64,000 nt of DNA from Phormidium sp. (lineage in GTDB: Bacteria > Cyanobacteriota > Cyanobacteriia > Cyanobacteriales > Aerosakkonemataceae). The notes beneath the pieces were generated by a model. It made no database searches and was not told the DNA's origin. It saw nothing but the letters and a program-made list of their open reading frames with translations. The first letter of the stretch is position 1, and the number at the start of each line of letters is the position of its first letter. A program made the position numbers and the translations under genes. Below are positions 1 through 9,848 of this stretch, one piece after another. Location: the NCBI GenBank assembly GCA_051013385.1, contig CP143273.1, positions 832,001-896,000 of the forward strand, given 5' to 3'.

Positions 1-847
1 CACCATTGAACTTCAACAACTTCCCAGAAAACCCAAAACTTGTTCCTTCATTCATCGCTTGCCAAAGCGCCTCTACCTCTGGTTGGAAACTTTTCGGTTT
101 GGGAATCCAACGTTCTTTTAATGCTTCAGTAAACAATTTTTCTGGCAACAAACCCACATCTTCGGCAAACATCGTGAAGATGCAACCCATTAAAAAACTA
201 GCAACTTCTTGCGGTTGACGATTACTTTCCAAACTCCGCGCCAACGCCGCCAAATCTGCCGCTACCTCTCGCGTTACCCTCGCCGCAATTTTCTCTGGAT
301 TGCGCTTTTGTGGATTAGTAAAAATATCAACAAATAAAGCAAAAATATCCGGCTTTTGGAAATCAGCTAAAGGAATAGTTCGCCTAGCGCCATATCCGCC
401 GTAATCTCCACTAAAACCAAGCCAAATTTCAAAATGAGAACCAATATCGCAAGTAATTAAAAAAGGCGGTTGGGGTTCTAAATGACGAGTGTAGGAAAGT
501 CCTTGCACAAAGGCTTTTTCCATTTCCTTGAAATAAGTTGCCGTTCCCCGCTTGGCTGTACCTTTCCCGGCAACTTCCCCCCCTTGCTTAGCCTCAATGA
601 CAAAATGCCCTTGTTTATAAAAATCGACAAAACAAGTCGTCACCTTACCACTAGGATGGGGAATTTTTACATCCTTTTCAAAGCAATAGCGATCGCCAGG
701 AATACTACCCTTAGCTGGAGGAGGTTCAACACCCAAAGCCTTACATAAATCCAGAAAAAAAGAGTCTTTATTAGCTCTTTCGTCACCGCTTGAGCCTTGC
801 CATCGTTTCAGGAACTCTTGTACCCGTTGCAAGTCTGACTCATCCAT
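1..847 (-). CDS. MmeI-like type IIL restriction-modification enzyme / class I SAM-dependent DNA methyltransferase, N-terminal part (runs off the window edge)
   Basis: Not in the ORF track. Hand translation from ATG at 847 gives MDESDLQRVQEFLKRWQGSSGDERANKDSFFLDLCKALGV...YCFEKDV...VDFYKQGHFVIEAKQG...PPFLITCDIG...VTREVAADLAALARSL...FLMGCIFTMFAEDVGLLP, with the PD-(D/E)xK-like D..E-A-K and FAEDVGLLP motifs of MmeI-family proteins. Confidence 0.85.
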   Translation of the reverse strand, partial: MDESDLQRVQEFLKRWQGSSGDERANKDSFFLDLCKALGVEPPPAKGSIPGDRYCFEKDVKIPHPSGKVTTCFVDFYKQGHFVIEAKQGGEVAGKGTAKRGTATYFKEMEKAFVQGLSYTRHLEPQPPFLITCDIGSHFEIWLGFSGDYGGYGARRTIPLADFQKPDIFALFVDIFTNPQKRNPEKIAARVTREVAADLAALARSLESNRQPQEVASFLMGCIFTMFAEDVGLLPEKLFTEALKERWIPKPKSFQPEVEALWQAMNEGTSFGFSGKLLKFNG

Positions 848-1896
848 TTTGGCAACTTAGCTAACTTTTGAGGTGTTTACTTAGATTATCAGCGAATATG
901 CACAGCAATTCTATTTAATTTGTTAATTTTTACCCCATAATTTTCTGTACAAAGGAAGAAAAAGTAGTAGGTTAATTTAGCCAGGAAAAGCTGTTTTAGC
1001 CCAACGCCCCAAAAACCCGGCTCGCGGGAGTGTTCAAGTAATAAATTTTATCGTTATTATACGGACTCAACTTTTGCTAGGAGTCCTTTACATCAAGGCT
1101 TTTGAGGCAAAAATCTAGATAATTTCTCTCAACTAATTAAGTAATCTTTCTTTTGGTGCAAGCATTGTCGCTGTTGTAGCTGCTAGACTTCCACCTTAGT
1201 TATAGATGAAGCAGATCTTCACATATAATAAATATCTTATTTTGTCAAGGCAACCAAGTCAGAGAATTTTAGATAACATAGTATTAGTAGCTTTACTAGT
1301 ATCCGCCAAAAGAAGCAGATGCGTAAACCTACCTATATCTTTATGTAGATCGAATACCTTAATAAGTAAATACCATTAACTAGGGTGCAAAAATTCGCTT
1401 TTAATTATAAGTAAACATACAGAAAAATCTATGGGGATCAATTGAAATCATATCATATTAAGAGATTTTACGTAAAGGATCGGGGAATTCTAAATTATCC
1501 TAAAGATAGATGGATTCCCTAATAGGGTTCTTTTAAACTATAAAAGTAATCCAATTCTCGGTTGTTGATCGCTCGGTTAGCAAACAAGGAGAGGAAATTG
1601 TTCCTAGTAATTAAATCTCCCTTGGAGACAGTTAAAAGTAATGAAACCCTTGGTATGATATCGCACTTTTGTTAATAGGTTACTCAGTACTTTCGCTGAA
1701 GAGTCTACCGAGAAATTGGAGCAAATTTTCAAAAAAGTTTATCTAGGCGGTGAGTTAGGTTATGAAGCGACCAATCGAAAACTAAGTTAGAAATAGCATC
1801 ACTAAAAATGGTCGGTTTCATTTACTCAATTTCATTTCATCCAGTTTATTCATCCAACGATTTAATTAACAAATTTTTTGAAGAGAGGCAAATACA

Positions 1897-2082
1897 ATGA
1901 ATACTCGCAGTAACTCTTGTCCATTTTGTGGCAGTTCACTGCTTCGCCACGTTCGTCATCAAGGTGTTTATTGGTTCTGCAACAGTTGCTATCAAGAAGT
2001 GCCTTCTCTGACTTCAATGGTGATGTCCCGTCGTGATACAGTAGGACAGCAGTCGCGTCCGCTCACGGCAGTGGGTTCCTAA
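1897..2082 (+). CDS. Small Zn-ribbon protein (conserved cyanobacterial type)
   Basis: CPFC...LLRHVRHQGVYWFCNSCYQEVP has two CxxC pairs; GAGAGG SD lies upstream. Confidence 0.75.
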   Translation: MNTRSNSCPFCGSSLLRHVRHQGVYWFCNSCYQEVPSLTSMVMSRRDTVGQQSRPLTAVGS

Positions 2083-2086
2083 AGTT

Positions 2087-3175
2087 TTGCTAGGTGCGGT
2101 ACTTTACGGTCAAGAAGATTTACGTTTGGAATCAGTAGCAGATCCGATACCTGATTCCCAAGAGATAATTATTCAAGTCGGAGTAGCAACCACCTGCGGT
2201 ACCGACTTGAAAGTATGGCGCAGGGGTGGTCATGCTAAAATGTTGCGACCACCGACGCTATTTGGTCATGAGGCAGCAGGTAGAGTTGTTGCTGTTGGCA
2301 AAGATGTGCGAGGTTGGCAAGTTGGCGATCGCGTAGTCGCCAACAATTCCGCTCCTTGCATGAATTGTTTCTTTTGTCAACGGCAAGAATTTTCCCTCTG
2401 CCCGAATTTAACTTGGAACAATGGCACATTTGCCGAATACTTAAAAATTCCCGCCCAAATTGTTAAACATAATTTATTAGCAATTCCCAAGGATTTGCCC
2501 GATGCGTTAGCATCGATGACTGAACCGCTAGCTTGTGTATTGCATGGGGTAGCAAGGTCGAATATTAAATCAGGCGATCGCGTGGTAGTAATTGGAGATG
2601 GTGCGATCGGTCTAATGTTCGTCGCTGTTATTGCCCAAGGTTGGAGTGAACCCCACCCCCAACCCCTCCCCGTCTACGGGGAGGGGAGAACTCAGTGTCC
2701 AGTTTTTCTCTTTGGTGGGAACGATCAACGATTGGAAATCGGGAAAAAATTAGGGGCAACTCAAACATTTAATCATCATCAAATAAGTGATATTCCCACA
2801 GTAGTTAAAGAACTGACGGAAGGATGGGGTGCGGATGTAGTGATTGAAGCGACGGGAGTTCCAGCAGTTTGGGAAAGTGCGATCGCGATCGCTCGTCCCG
2901 GTGCTACCGTTAATCTATTCGGAGGTTGTCCGCGAGATACCACCATCACCGTGAATACAGAACAACTGCATTACAGCGAATTAACAATAAAAGGCGTTTT
3001 TCACAACACACCCAAATATGTCAGAGAAGCACTCGCACTCTTAGCAAGTCGCACCATACCCTTTGAATTATTAATCAGCGAACATCGTCCCCTGAAAGAT
3101 TTGGAACAGGTGTTTCAAGATATGAAGAATCGTAAGTCAATTAAAGTAGCAATGTTGCCGAATATGCCATCCTAG
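2087..3175 (+). CDS. Zinc-dependent alcohol dehydrogenase (MDR family)
   Basis: CGTD, GHE, CxxCxxC...C structural Zn site and GDGAIG Rossmann motif; TTG start. Confidence 0.9.
   Translation: MLGAVLYGQEDLRLESVADPIPDSQEIIIQVGVATTCGTDLKVWRRGGHAKMLRPPTLFGHEAAGRVVAVGKDVRGWQVGDRVVANNSAPCMNCFFCQRQEFSLCPNLTWNNGTFAEYLKIPAQIVKHNLLAIPKDLPDALASMTEPLACVLHGVARSNIKSGDRVVVIGDGAIGLMFVAVIAQGWSEPHPQPLPVYGEGRTQCPVFLFGGNDQRLEIGKKLGATQTFNHHQISDIPTVVKELTEGWGADVVIEATGVPAVWESAIAIARPGATVNLFGGCPRDTTITVNTEQLHYSELTIKGVFHNTPKYVREALALLASRTIPFELLISEHRPLKDLEQVFQDMKNRKSIKVAMLPNMPS
2649..2688. repeat. GC-rich palindromic element inserted in frame in the dehydrogenase
   Basis: CCCCACCCCCAA-CCCCTCCCCGT-CT-ACGGGGAGGGG hairpin, translated as EPHPQPLPVYGEGR. 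Confidence 0.75.
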
Positions 3176-3208
3176 AGGCAAATCAAAAATCTACTTTTGT
3201 GCTGACTT

Positions 3209-3796
3209 ATGAAAGCTAAGGGTTTGTTAATGTTGGGATTGGGAATAGCGATCGCTGGATTTGGCGATCGGGCAAACGCCTTACCAGGACAGACAACAGC
3301 AGAAGTTGCCGCTTGGATCAAAGGAAATCCCACCCTAAGTCCCTATAGCGGACAAACATTGCTAGTACACAGAACCGATACACCCGCCCAAAGATTCACC
3401 TTTGAAGCTTCCGTACTAGCACCAGGTTTAGCAACACCACCAGGAGATCCCGGCATTGTTCGCACCGAAAGAATCAACCTGTTTGACATGATTAACGGTG
3501 TCACCCCCAACCGTCTCCAAGAATCACTACGCATCATCTACGGTTTAGAGATTTACCAAGATTTCCAACAAGCAAGAGTAATTTACTCTTACCCAAATCC
3601 CGCAATGGTACAAGAAGCACGCACCTTAACCTTACCCTTACAAGAAGCACTCAAAGGCGAACTAAGATTAGGATCGCGTTTTGCCTACTGGGTAGAATTT
3701 CCCCAACCCCAAGACGGTAAACCAATCATGGGCAAAATCACCATCCTACTCAAGAGTGACTTAGACAAACTAGAAGCACAACTCCGCAACCGTTAG
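3209..3796 (+). CDS. Conserved cyanobacterial exported hypothetical protein
   Basis: Signal peptide ending ANA|LPGQ; 195 aa ORF. Confidence 0.8.
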   Translation: MKAKGLLMLGLGIAIAGFGDRANALPGQTTAEVAAWIKGNPTLSPYSGQTLLVHRTDTPAQRFTFEASVLAPGLATPPGDPGIVRTERINLFDMINGVTPNRLQESLRIIYGLEIYQDFQQARVIYSYPNPAMVQEARTLTLPLQEALKGELRLGSRFAYWVEFPQPQDGKPIMGKITILLKSDLDKLEAQLRNR

Positions 3797-3980
3797 GGGG
3801 AGATGGGGAGATGGGGAGATGGGGAGATGGGGAGATGGGGAGATGGGGGGATGGGGGGATGGGGGAAAGTAATTTAACTAACTACCTCTTCAACTCTTCT
3901 TTCCCGTTCCCTATTCCCTATTCCCTATTCCCTGTTCCCTGTTCCCTGTTCCCTGTTCCCTGTTCCCTGTTCCCTTCCCC
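3797..3980. repeat. STRR tandem repeats between convergent genes (GGGGAGAT 8-mers, then TTCCCT[A/G] 7-mers)
   Basis: Directly visible tandem arrays at ~3797-3866 and ~3900-3980. Confidence 0.9.
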
Positions 3981-3981
3981 C

Positions 3982-4329
3982 TTAACTTTGCCAAGTACCG
4001 GAAAAAATACTTCTGACAGCGACATCAATCCGGTTTAAATCTTCATTGAGCAAAAAAGGCCACTCAACCCCGGCACGAAGTCCCTTTTCGTACAGGCGAC
4101 GACTCTCAAAACTCAGCAAATGCAACGCATTCACTAATTCTTTGTCCAAGCTGGTTTCATCCTTCAAAGCATCGAACACCATTTTCAACGCTAATAATAT
4201 AGATGTCTGCTGTCCTGGTACTGGTGACTTCTCCTGACTCAGGCGCATCAGAAAGTCGTCAGGATTTCGCTGGGTTTCCAGGGCAGTTCCTTGATTAATG
4301 AGGAAATTTCGGGCTGTTTTGTAATCCAT
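3982..4329 (-). CDS. Conserved cyanobacterial hypothetical protein
   Basis: MDYKTARNFLINQG...PVPGQQTSILLALK...LSFESR...WP; the likely start is ATG 4329. Confidence 0.75.
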   Translation of the reverse strand: MDYKTARNFLINQGTALETQRNPDDFLMRLSQEKSPVPGQQTSILLALKMVFDALKDETSLDKELVNALHLLSFESRRLYEKGLRAGVEWPFLLNEDLNRIDVAVRSIFSGTWQS

Positions 4330-4560
4330 TTTCTCGCTATTCCTTTCTGCCCAAATTTTACCCCCTGAGTGAGAGGGTTTATCCTCATTCACCTTTAAAA
4401 ATGGTTATAAGTTTGTTGTGAACGCTTGAGCGTTCTAGCACGCTCTGTGCTCACAACGAACCTAAAATAATTTGTTGATTGCGGAACATTTGCCAAAATC
4501 AGTAAGTCAAATAAAACAAATAGATGAGATGTAAATGAAATAGTTAATGGTGTATTTCTC

Positions 4561-5283
4561 ATGAAATTTAAATTCTTGACGCAAATTTTTCTATCGACTC
4601 TGGCTTTATCTAGCACTTTTGCTATAACAAATCCGGTAAAAGCTCAACAAACAGTACCAGCAGAAAGATTACCAGCAGAAAGTGTCACGCCCGATCGACA
4701 AACTGATTTAACAACTACTTTTGAATGTGTTACTGAAGGTAGAAGTTATGCCACAGTTGCCCGGAGAGGAGAAAGAGTTACTTCACCAATCCTTCTTTGG
4801 AGAACTTTCGAGTTTGGTAGTCAATATACTCCCGAAAATCGTTGTCGCATGGTGTCCGATCGCTTAACCAGAGCAGTTGGTGAAAATGGGGGAAGACTAA
4901 CTAATTTACAACTAACAACTGGTAGAGTGAATAATTTACCTGTCATTTGTTACACCAATGGTGGGCAATCTGCTTGTAATTCTAGAAATTTACTCCTAAC
5001 TTTAGATAGTCGCAATGCCACTAACCCTAATGCAGCTTTGGATAATTTATTAAACTTTGGTGTTAGCGGTTCTGGTTCGCCAGTGGTTTCTTTTGCTCCT
5101 TCTTCAGGAATTAATCGTCGTCCATCTTCAACTCCAAAACGAGTTAGTTTGGAAAGAATTGTTAATGAAGCTTTTGAGGACAAATATGGCGATGATGAAA
5201 CACCTGTTGTGCGCCCACAACCGCCCGTTTCTCGCCCTAGCAATCCGGTTTCTCGCCCTCGACCTGTAAATAATGGTATTTAG
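4561..5283 (+). CDS. COP23-domain secreted protein
   Basis: Signal peptide; FEC...PILLW...YTPENRC..VS.RL...LTTGRVNNLPVIC...C...LLLTL pattern. Confidence 0.85.
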   Translation: MKFKFLTQIFLSTLALSSTFAITNPVKAQQTVPAERLPAESVTPDRQTDLTTTFECVTEGRSYATVARRGERVTSPILLWRTFEFGSQYTPENRCRMVSDRLTRAVGENGGRLTNLQLTTGRVNNLPVICYTNGGQSACNSRNLLLTLDSRNATNPNAALDNLLNFGVSGSGSPVVSFAPSSGINRRPSSTPKRVSLERIVNEAFEDKYGDDETPVVRPQPPVSRPSNPVSRPRPVNNGI

Positions 5284-5397
5284 GAATTGGTAATAGGTAG
5301 TGGGATTTCTACCACCAACTAACCTGGGAGGTTTTACACTTCCCAGGTCGGTCATTTTTTGGGATCTTAAAAATGTTATTTAGGGAATTAAACGCTT

Positions 5398-6225
5398 GTG
5401 GTGTGGTTGTTATTCTGGCTGTTTTCTCATCAATCTTTAGCTGTCTACTTGGGTGCGATCGCTTCTCTACCAACAACTTTACTAAGAGAAAATTCAGCAA
5501 GATTAGAAAGTCAAAGCCATACTAAACTTTCCCAAACTGGAGCAGTAAATAATGTTTCTGTACCAGAAGTTGCTAGGCAAGTTACTGTGAGAATTTTCTC
5601 TAATTCCAGTGCTGGTTCTGGGGTAATTATTAGCCGCAAAGGACAAGTTTACACAGTCCTTACTTGCGATCATGTACTAAATGAAAAATCAAGTAATAAT
5701 TATACAATTTTAACTTCAGATGGGCACACTTATCCCGCTCAAAAGTTAACTTACCCTGAGTTTGGAGAGCGTGATTTAGGGATAGTACAATTTACTAGTC
5801 CGCAAATTTACCAAGTAGCAGAAATGGGAAATTCTGATGCTTTAGTAATGGGAGAAGCGGTATATGCGGCGGGTTTTCCTAATTGGTATTGGATTAATCC
5901 GAAAGCAATAGAAAGCACCCGTGATTGGGGAACTAGGGCTTTTCGGTTAACTAAAGGAACTTTGGAAATGATTTCCGATCGCTCGCTCCCCAGAGGTTAT
6001 CAATTAGGCTACACTAACGAAGTAGAAAATGGCATGAGTGGCGGGCCTGTTTTAGATCAAAATGGGCGATTAATTGGAATTAATGGCAGATTGAAATTTC
6101 CTCCCCAAGGGATTGCCGTTTACAGATTTGCCGATGGTACAATACCATCAGCAGCAGTTTTTCAAAAAATGGAATCATTGAGTTGGGCAATCCCAATTGG
6201 TACTTTCCGGCGATTATTCAGGTAA
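5398..6225 (+). CDS. Trypsin-like serine protease (start uncertain, possible frameshifted signal peptide from 5373)
   Basis: GSGV, LTCDHV, D and GMSGGP catalytic motifs; lies directly after the COP23 gene. Confidence 0.85.
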   Translation: MVWLLFWLFSHQSLAVYLGAIASLPTTLLRENSARLESQSHTKLSQTGAVNNVSVPEVARQVTVRIFSNSSAGSGVIISRKGQVYTVLTCDHVLNEKSSNNYTILTSDGHTYPAQKLTYPEFGERDLGIVQFTSPQIYQVAEMGNSDALVMGEAVYAAGFPNWYWINPKAIESTRDWGTRAFRLTKGTLEMISDRSLPRGYQLGYTNEVENGMSGGPVLDQNGRLIGINGRLKFPPQGIAVYRFADGTIPSAAVFQKMESLSWAIPIGTFRRLFR

Positions 6226-6229
6226 TATT

Positions 6230-6480
6230 TTAAGATAATGGCAAGTAGCGTATTTGTCCTGACCATTCACCGTCATAGCTACATTCTGCTAATAGTAAAA
6301 TGTCAGCAATAATGCGATCGCTATTCGCCTCAATGCTAACAGCAAATATTCCCGGCATCGCTAATCCGGCGGCAACTCTTTGATTAGCAAATTCAGTAAT
6401 GGTTTTGACATCATGAGTCAAGAGAATTCTTCCCGGTTCACTAGCCCACTCTAGCAGTTTATCATCGTCTTTTACCGAAA
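6230..6480 (-). pseudogene. 5'-truncated DUF5615-like PIN-domain toxin remnant
   Basis: DDDKLLEWASEPGRILLTHDVKTI...MPGIF...EWSGQIRYLPL. An in-frame stop precedes it, and the N-terminal DEN segment and start are missing. Confidence 0.7.
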
Positions 6481-6550
6481 AATTAATATAAAATTACTAA
6501 AACGTCGAATTGATGCTCCGATTACTTATCACCATCAGTACAAGAGAGCA

Positions 6551-6589
6551 TCCCAGTCCCCAGTCCCCAATCCCCAGTCCCCAATCCCC
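6551..6589. repeat. STRR (CCCCAGT/CCCCAAT) tandem repeat
   Basis: Visible 7-mer array. Confidence 0.85.
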
Positions 6590-6595
6590 AAAATA

Positions 6596-7831
6596 TTACT
6601 GCTGGATAAACAAAATTACTGTTTGGATCAACCCGACAACAAAACCTAAAATTCCGCCTAAATTGACGATCGCTTGCAATTCACTCCTGACAATTCCTTG
6701 AATTGCTAACTCTAAATCTTTCGCGGAAGTTGCTTGTACTCGCTGAATAATTACTTGGTCAATATTTAGAATCGGGATAATTTGTTCCACAATATTTTCT
6801 AAATCTCGCTCTAAGTAACGTTCTAAAACTAAAGCTAATTCTTTACTCACAACGGTTAAAGAAGAATTAACAACAGGAGAATTTCGCAATCTATTTAAGA
6901 TAATATGAGTAGTGCCTTGCCAGTTTATGGAGTCAGTTAAACCTTCCATTAATTCTACACCACGTTCTTGGACGTAACTGCGAATACTTTCGCGCATTGT
7001 CTTGCGGAGTTGGCGCACTGTGGAAATAGGGAGATTTTGCAAAGATATATTTTGTAACCATTCTTGTAAACGTTGTTTAACTGCAAAAGATTGAGTTAAT
7101 TCAGATAATCTCTGATTTGCTTCGTCTTTTTCATCCAGACAATAAGTTCGTAAACGACTTAAAGTGTTTCTTAAACCGAATAAATTGGCGACTACCCAGT
7201 AAGTTCCACTAGTTTCGCCGCGAAACTTTTCATCTATTAGTTGGATGTTGCGATCGGTCAGAAAATCAATTATCGCCACCCGCAATACTTCGGGAGGCAA
7301 AACTACCTGTATAAGCCAATCTGCTAATTGATTTGCTTGTGGTTCGCTGAGTTGAAATTCTAATAAGATCTGGTCAAATATTTGATTTAATTGGGGTTCT
7401 AAAAAATCTTCCCGACGCGCTAAAACTTTTAACAACCTGGGTAAAGATTGACCAAGTAAATCGCGGAGAATTCCGGCAATTACTTTCACAGTTTTATCTT
7501 CTTTATCTGCTGATTGCAATTGATCTAAGGCTAACCGCAACAACCAGAGAATTACCCCTTGAACTCGTTCTGTTTCTAATAGACGACGCGCTAAATTTTG
7601 TAATTCTTCGGGAGTTAGTAGTGACCCCATGATAGTATCAGAAATTCGCTTTGCCAAGCGTTCCTGATTGGCGGGAATTAAACCTGGTGTAAAAGGTAAC
7701 TTTCGCTTACCTATATATTTAGCTTTATAGGGACGAAACAGCATTTTAATGGCTATATCGTTGGTGAAATAGCCAATAATTGCACCAAGTATGGGAGGAC
7801 TAATATAAAGCCAGAAATTAGAGAGATTCAA
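6596..7831 (-). CDS. DUF445 family membrane protein
   Basis: [24 protein letters not shown]...FTPGLIP and C-terminal [13 protein letters not shown]. The probable start is TTG 7831; the upstream extension is STRR-derived. Confidence 0.88.
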   Translation of the reverse strand: MNLSNFWLYISPPILGAIIGYFTNDIAIKMLFRPYKAKYIGKRKLPFTPGLIPANQERLAKRISDTIMGSLLTPEELQNLARRLLETERVQGVILWLLRLALDQLQSADKEDKTVKVIAGILRDLLGQSLPRLLKVLARREDFLEPQLNQIFDQILLEFQLSEPQANQLADWLIQVVLPPEVLRVAIIDFLTDRNIQLIDEKFRGETSGTYWVVANLFGLRNTLSRLRTYCLDEKDEANQRLSELTQSFAVKQRLQEWLQNISLQNLPISTVRQLRKTMRESIRSYVQERGVELMEGLTDSINWQGTTHIILNRLRNSPVVNSSLTVVSKELALVLERYLERDLENIVEQIIPILNIDQVIIQRVQATSAKDLELAIQGIVRSELQAIVNLGGILGFVVGLIQTVILFIQQ

Positions 7832-7924
7832 CTGGGTGGTAATTGGTAATTGGTAGTTGGTAATTGGGGAGTTGGTACAAACTATGAGTTTTGACTGACT
7901 AGCCAACACCCCATTACTTTTATT

Positions 7925-8623
7925 TTATTTTGTAATTCGTAAAACTCCCATAATCCCACCAGCGATCGCATAATGAGTAGCAGTGGTAAATCCGGCTTGA
8001 TGAGCTAGGTTTACTTGCTGCTGACCTTGGGGAAATTTGTCTAAACTAGGGCTAATATAAGCGTATTCTTCTGTTAAACCGAAATGTTGAGCAGCAGTAA
8101 CTACAATATTTTTGAGATACCACTGCTGTAAGTTTTGCATTAGGGGATTTTCAGGACGATGGAAGTCGAGAATTGCGGCAGTTGCTCCGGGTTTGAGAAT
8201 GCGGTACAATTCGTGCAAACATTGGGGAATGTCGGTGACGTTACGCAGTCCATATCCCATTGTGGCACTATCAAAATGATTGTCGGGGAAGGGAAGTTGC
8301 AGAACGTCTGCTTCTACCCAGACGATCGCCAATGGTGGATAATGATTTTGAGTCCGTTCTTTGGCGATCGCTAACAATCCCGCAGAAAAGTCTACCCCAA
8401 ACACTTGACCAGTATTTCCTACCTGACGCGCTAAAATCTGACTGAGATCGCCACTACCACAACACAAGTCTATACAAGTGTCGCCAGTTTTAGCTTGACT
8501 CCATTTCACTGTCATCAGTTTCCAAACTCGATGTTGTCCCAGGCTTAACCAATCGTTGAGATTGTCGTAAACTGGAGCAATATTGTTGAAGATGGTTTGA
8601 ATTTCACTGGCGCGCGAGGACAT
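7925..8623 (-). CDS. menG: Demethylmenaquinone/demethylphylloquinol methyltransferase (UbiE/MenG)
   Basis: FNNIAPVYDNLNDWLSLGQHRVWK, DLCCGSGD and GYGLRNV motifs. Confidence 0.88.
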   Translation of the reverse strand: MSSRASEIQTIFNNIAPVYDNLNDWLSLGQHRVWKLMTVKWSQAKTGDTCIDLCCGSGDLSQILARQVGNTGQVFGVDFSAGLLAIAKERTQNHYPPLAIVWVEADVLQLPFPDNHFDSATMGYGLRNVTDIPQCLHELYRILKPGATAAILDFHRPENPLMQNLQQWYLKNIVVTAAQHFGLTEEYAYISPSLDKFPQGQQQVNLAHQAGFTTATHYAIAGGIMGVLRITK

Positions 8624-8666
8624 TCGATTTTAGATTTAATGTTGTGGAGAAATGCAATTACTCAAG

Positions 8667-9611
8667 TTAAGCAGCTTTGGTACTGGTGAGAACTAAAGCA
8701 ACTTGTTGAGCAGAAAGATGAATTAGTTTAATTTCATCTTCTCGCAGTTGGCAAGGATTTTTCCATTGCAGGGACAAAACTGCCATTACTTGATCTCGGT
8801 AAATAATCGGGACAATAATATGTGCTTGAATACCGGATGCTGCGTAATGACTGACTTCTGACAAGTTAGCATCTGCGGGGACGTTTACCGATCCTTGTAA
8901 TTGTTTGTTAGCGATCGCATCTTTAAGTAATGGATCTTCTGCTAACCAATTTTCGATCCGACTATCCGCGCTGTAAATACCTTGAGCCGAATTTAAAGAA
9001 TTGTTTTCTACTAGTTGCAAAATACAACCATCTGCGGCAAAATTTTCGCCAAAGGCTTGAGCGATCGGTTGTAAAGATTCTTCTACCTTGGTCGCCGCTT
9101 GCGCTACTTGGACTATAGTGGAAAGCAAAGCCATCTGTGCATTCGCACGGCGTAATTCTTCTGTCCGCTGTTTGAGTAATTCGTAAGTCTCAGTAGCACG
9201 TTGCACTACTGCCTTGAGTTCTAAAGGGTCCCAAGGTTTAGTGATATACTTGTATACTTGTCCAGAATTGATTGCGTCTACTAAGTCTTCTATATCAGTA
9301 AATCCGGTGAGGATAATTCTTACAGTGTCGGGAAATTGCGGTACAGTTTTACTCAAGAATTCTGTCCCTTTCATTTCTGGCATTCTTTGATCGGAGATAA
9401 TCACCGCAACTTCGCCTTCCGTTGCTAATACTTCCAATGCTTGAATCCCACTTTCAGCTTTTAGGACTTGAAAATCTCGTCGGAAGGTACGATAAAGCAA
9501 ATCTAAATTATCTGGTTCATCATCTACAACCAACATTTTGGCTTTTTTACGTCTTTCGAGACTCATAAGCTGACGACGGATAGTTTCTAATTCTGGAATG
9601 GTATTTTCCAT
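8667..9611 (-). CDS. Response regulator with C-terminal GAF domain
   Basis: LVVDDE, ISDQRMP and YITKPWD receiver motifs; GAF-like C-terminus (VPIIYRDQVMAVLSL). Confidence 0.88.
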   Translation of the reverse strand: MENTIPELETIRRQLMSLERRKKAKMLVVDDEPDNLDLLYRTFRRDFQVLKAESGIQALEVLATEGEVAVIISDQRMPEMKGTEFLSKTVPQFPDTVRIILTGFTDIEDLVDAINSGQVYKYITKPWDPLELKAVVQRATETYELLKQRTEELRRANAQMALLSTIVQVAQAATKVEESLQPIAQAFGENFAADGCILQLVENNSLNSAQGIYSADSRIENWLAEDPLLKDAIANKQLQGSVNVPADANLSEVSHYAASGIQAHIIVPIIYRDQVMAVLSLQWKNPCQLREDEIKLIHLSAQQVALVLTSTKAA

Positions 9612-9763
9612 AAGACTTGAATCTAATTTTGGCAGTTAATCTAAACTTCGCGATCGCATATCCTTAGAATCGTAACAATTATTGCAGTCGAACTAGGCGA
9701 TCTTTCCAGGGGAGTTCAGAATTTTTAATTAACTTGCTCTGTTCTAAACTGGAATTTTAGCAA

Positions 9764-9831
9764 GTAGGGGCGGGTTTAGGAGATAATTTTCGCATTAGAG
9801 TAGAAGAATTAACCACAAAACTCGCCCCTAC
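9764..9831. repeat. GTAG-type REP-like inverted repeat
   Basis: GTAGGGGCGGGTTT ... AAACTCGCCCCTAC; a related copy lies at 25679-25746. Confidence 0.75.
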
Positions 9832-9848
9832 ATTTACCCTTTGTCATT

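Noticed and set aside
6..748. Plus-strand ORFs 6-218 and 482-748
   Set aside because: They are antisense shadows of the minus-strand RM gene.
3811..4038. ORF MGRWGDGEMGRWGD...
   Set aside because: It is a translation of STRR tandem repeats; the same applies to 29190-29537, 29308-29649, 6510-6701 and 22746-22949.
3982..4329. 'Dethiobiotin synthetase' label often attached to similar proteins
   Set aside because: The protein is 115 aa with no P-loop and cannot be BioD.
9672..9685. GTA-N8-TGC as an NtcA site upstream of the response regulator
   Set aside because: It is a single non-canonical match that is likely by chance in AT-rich DNA, with no supporting evidence.
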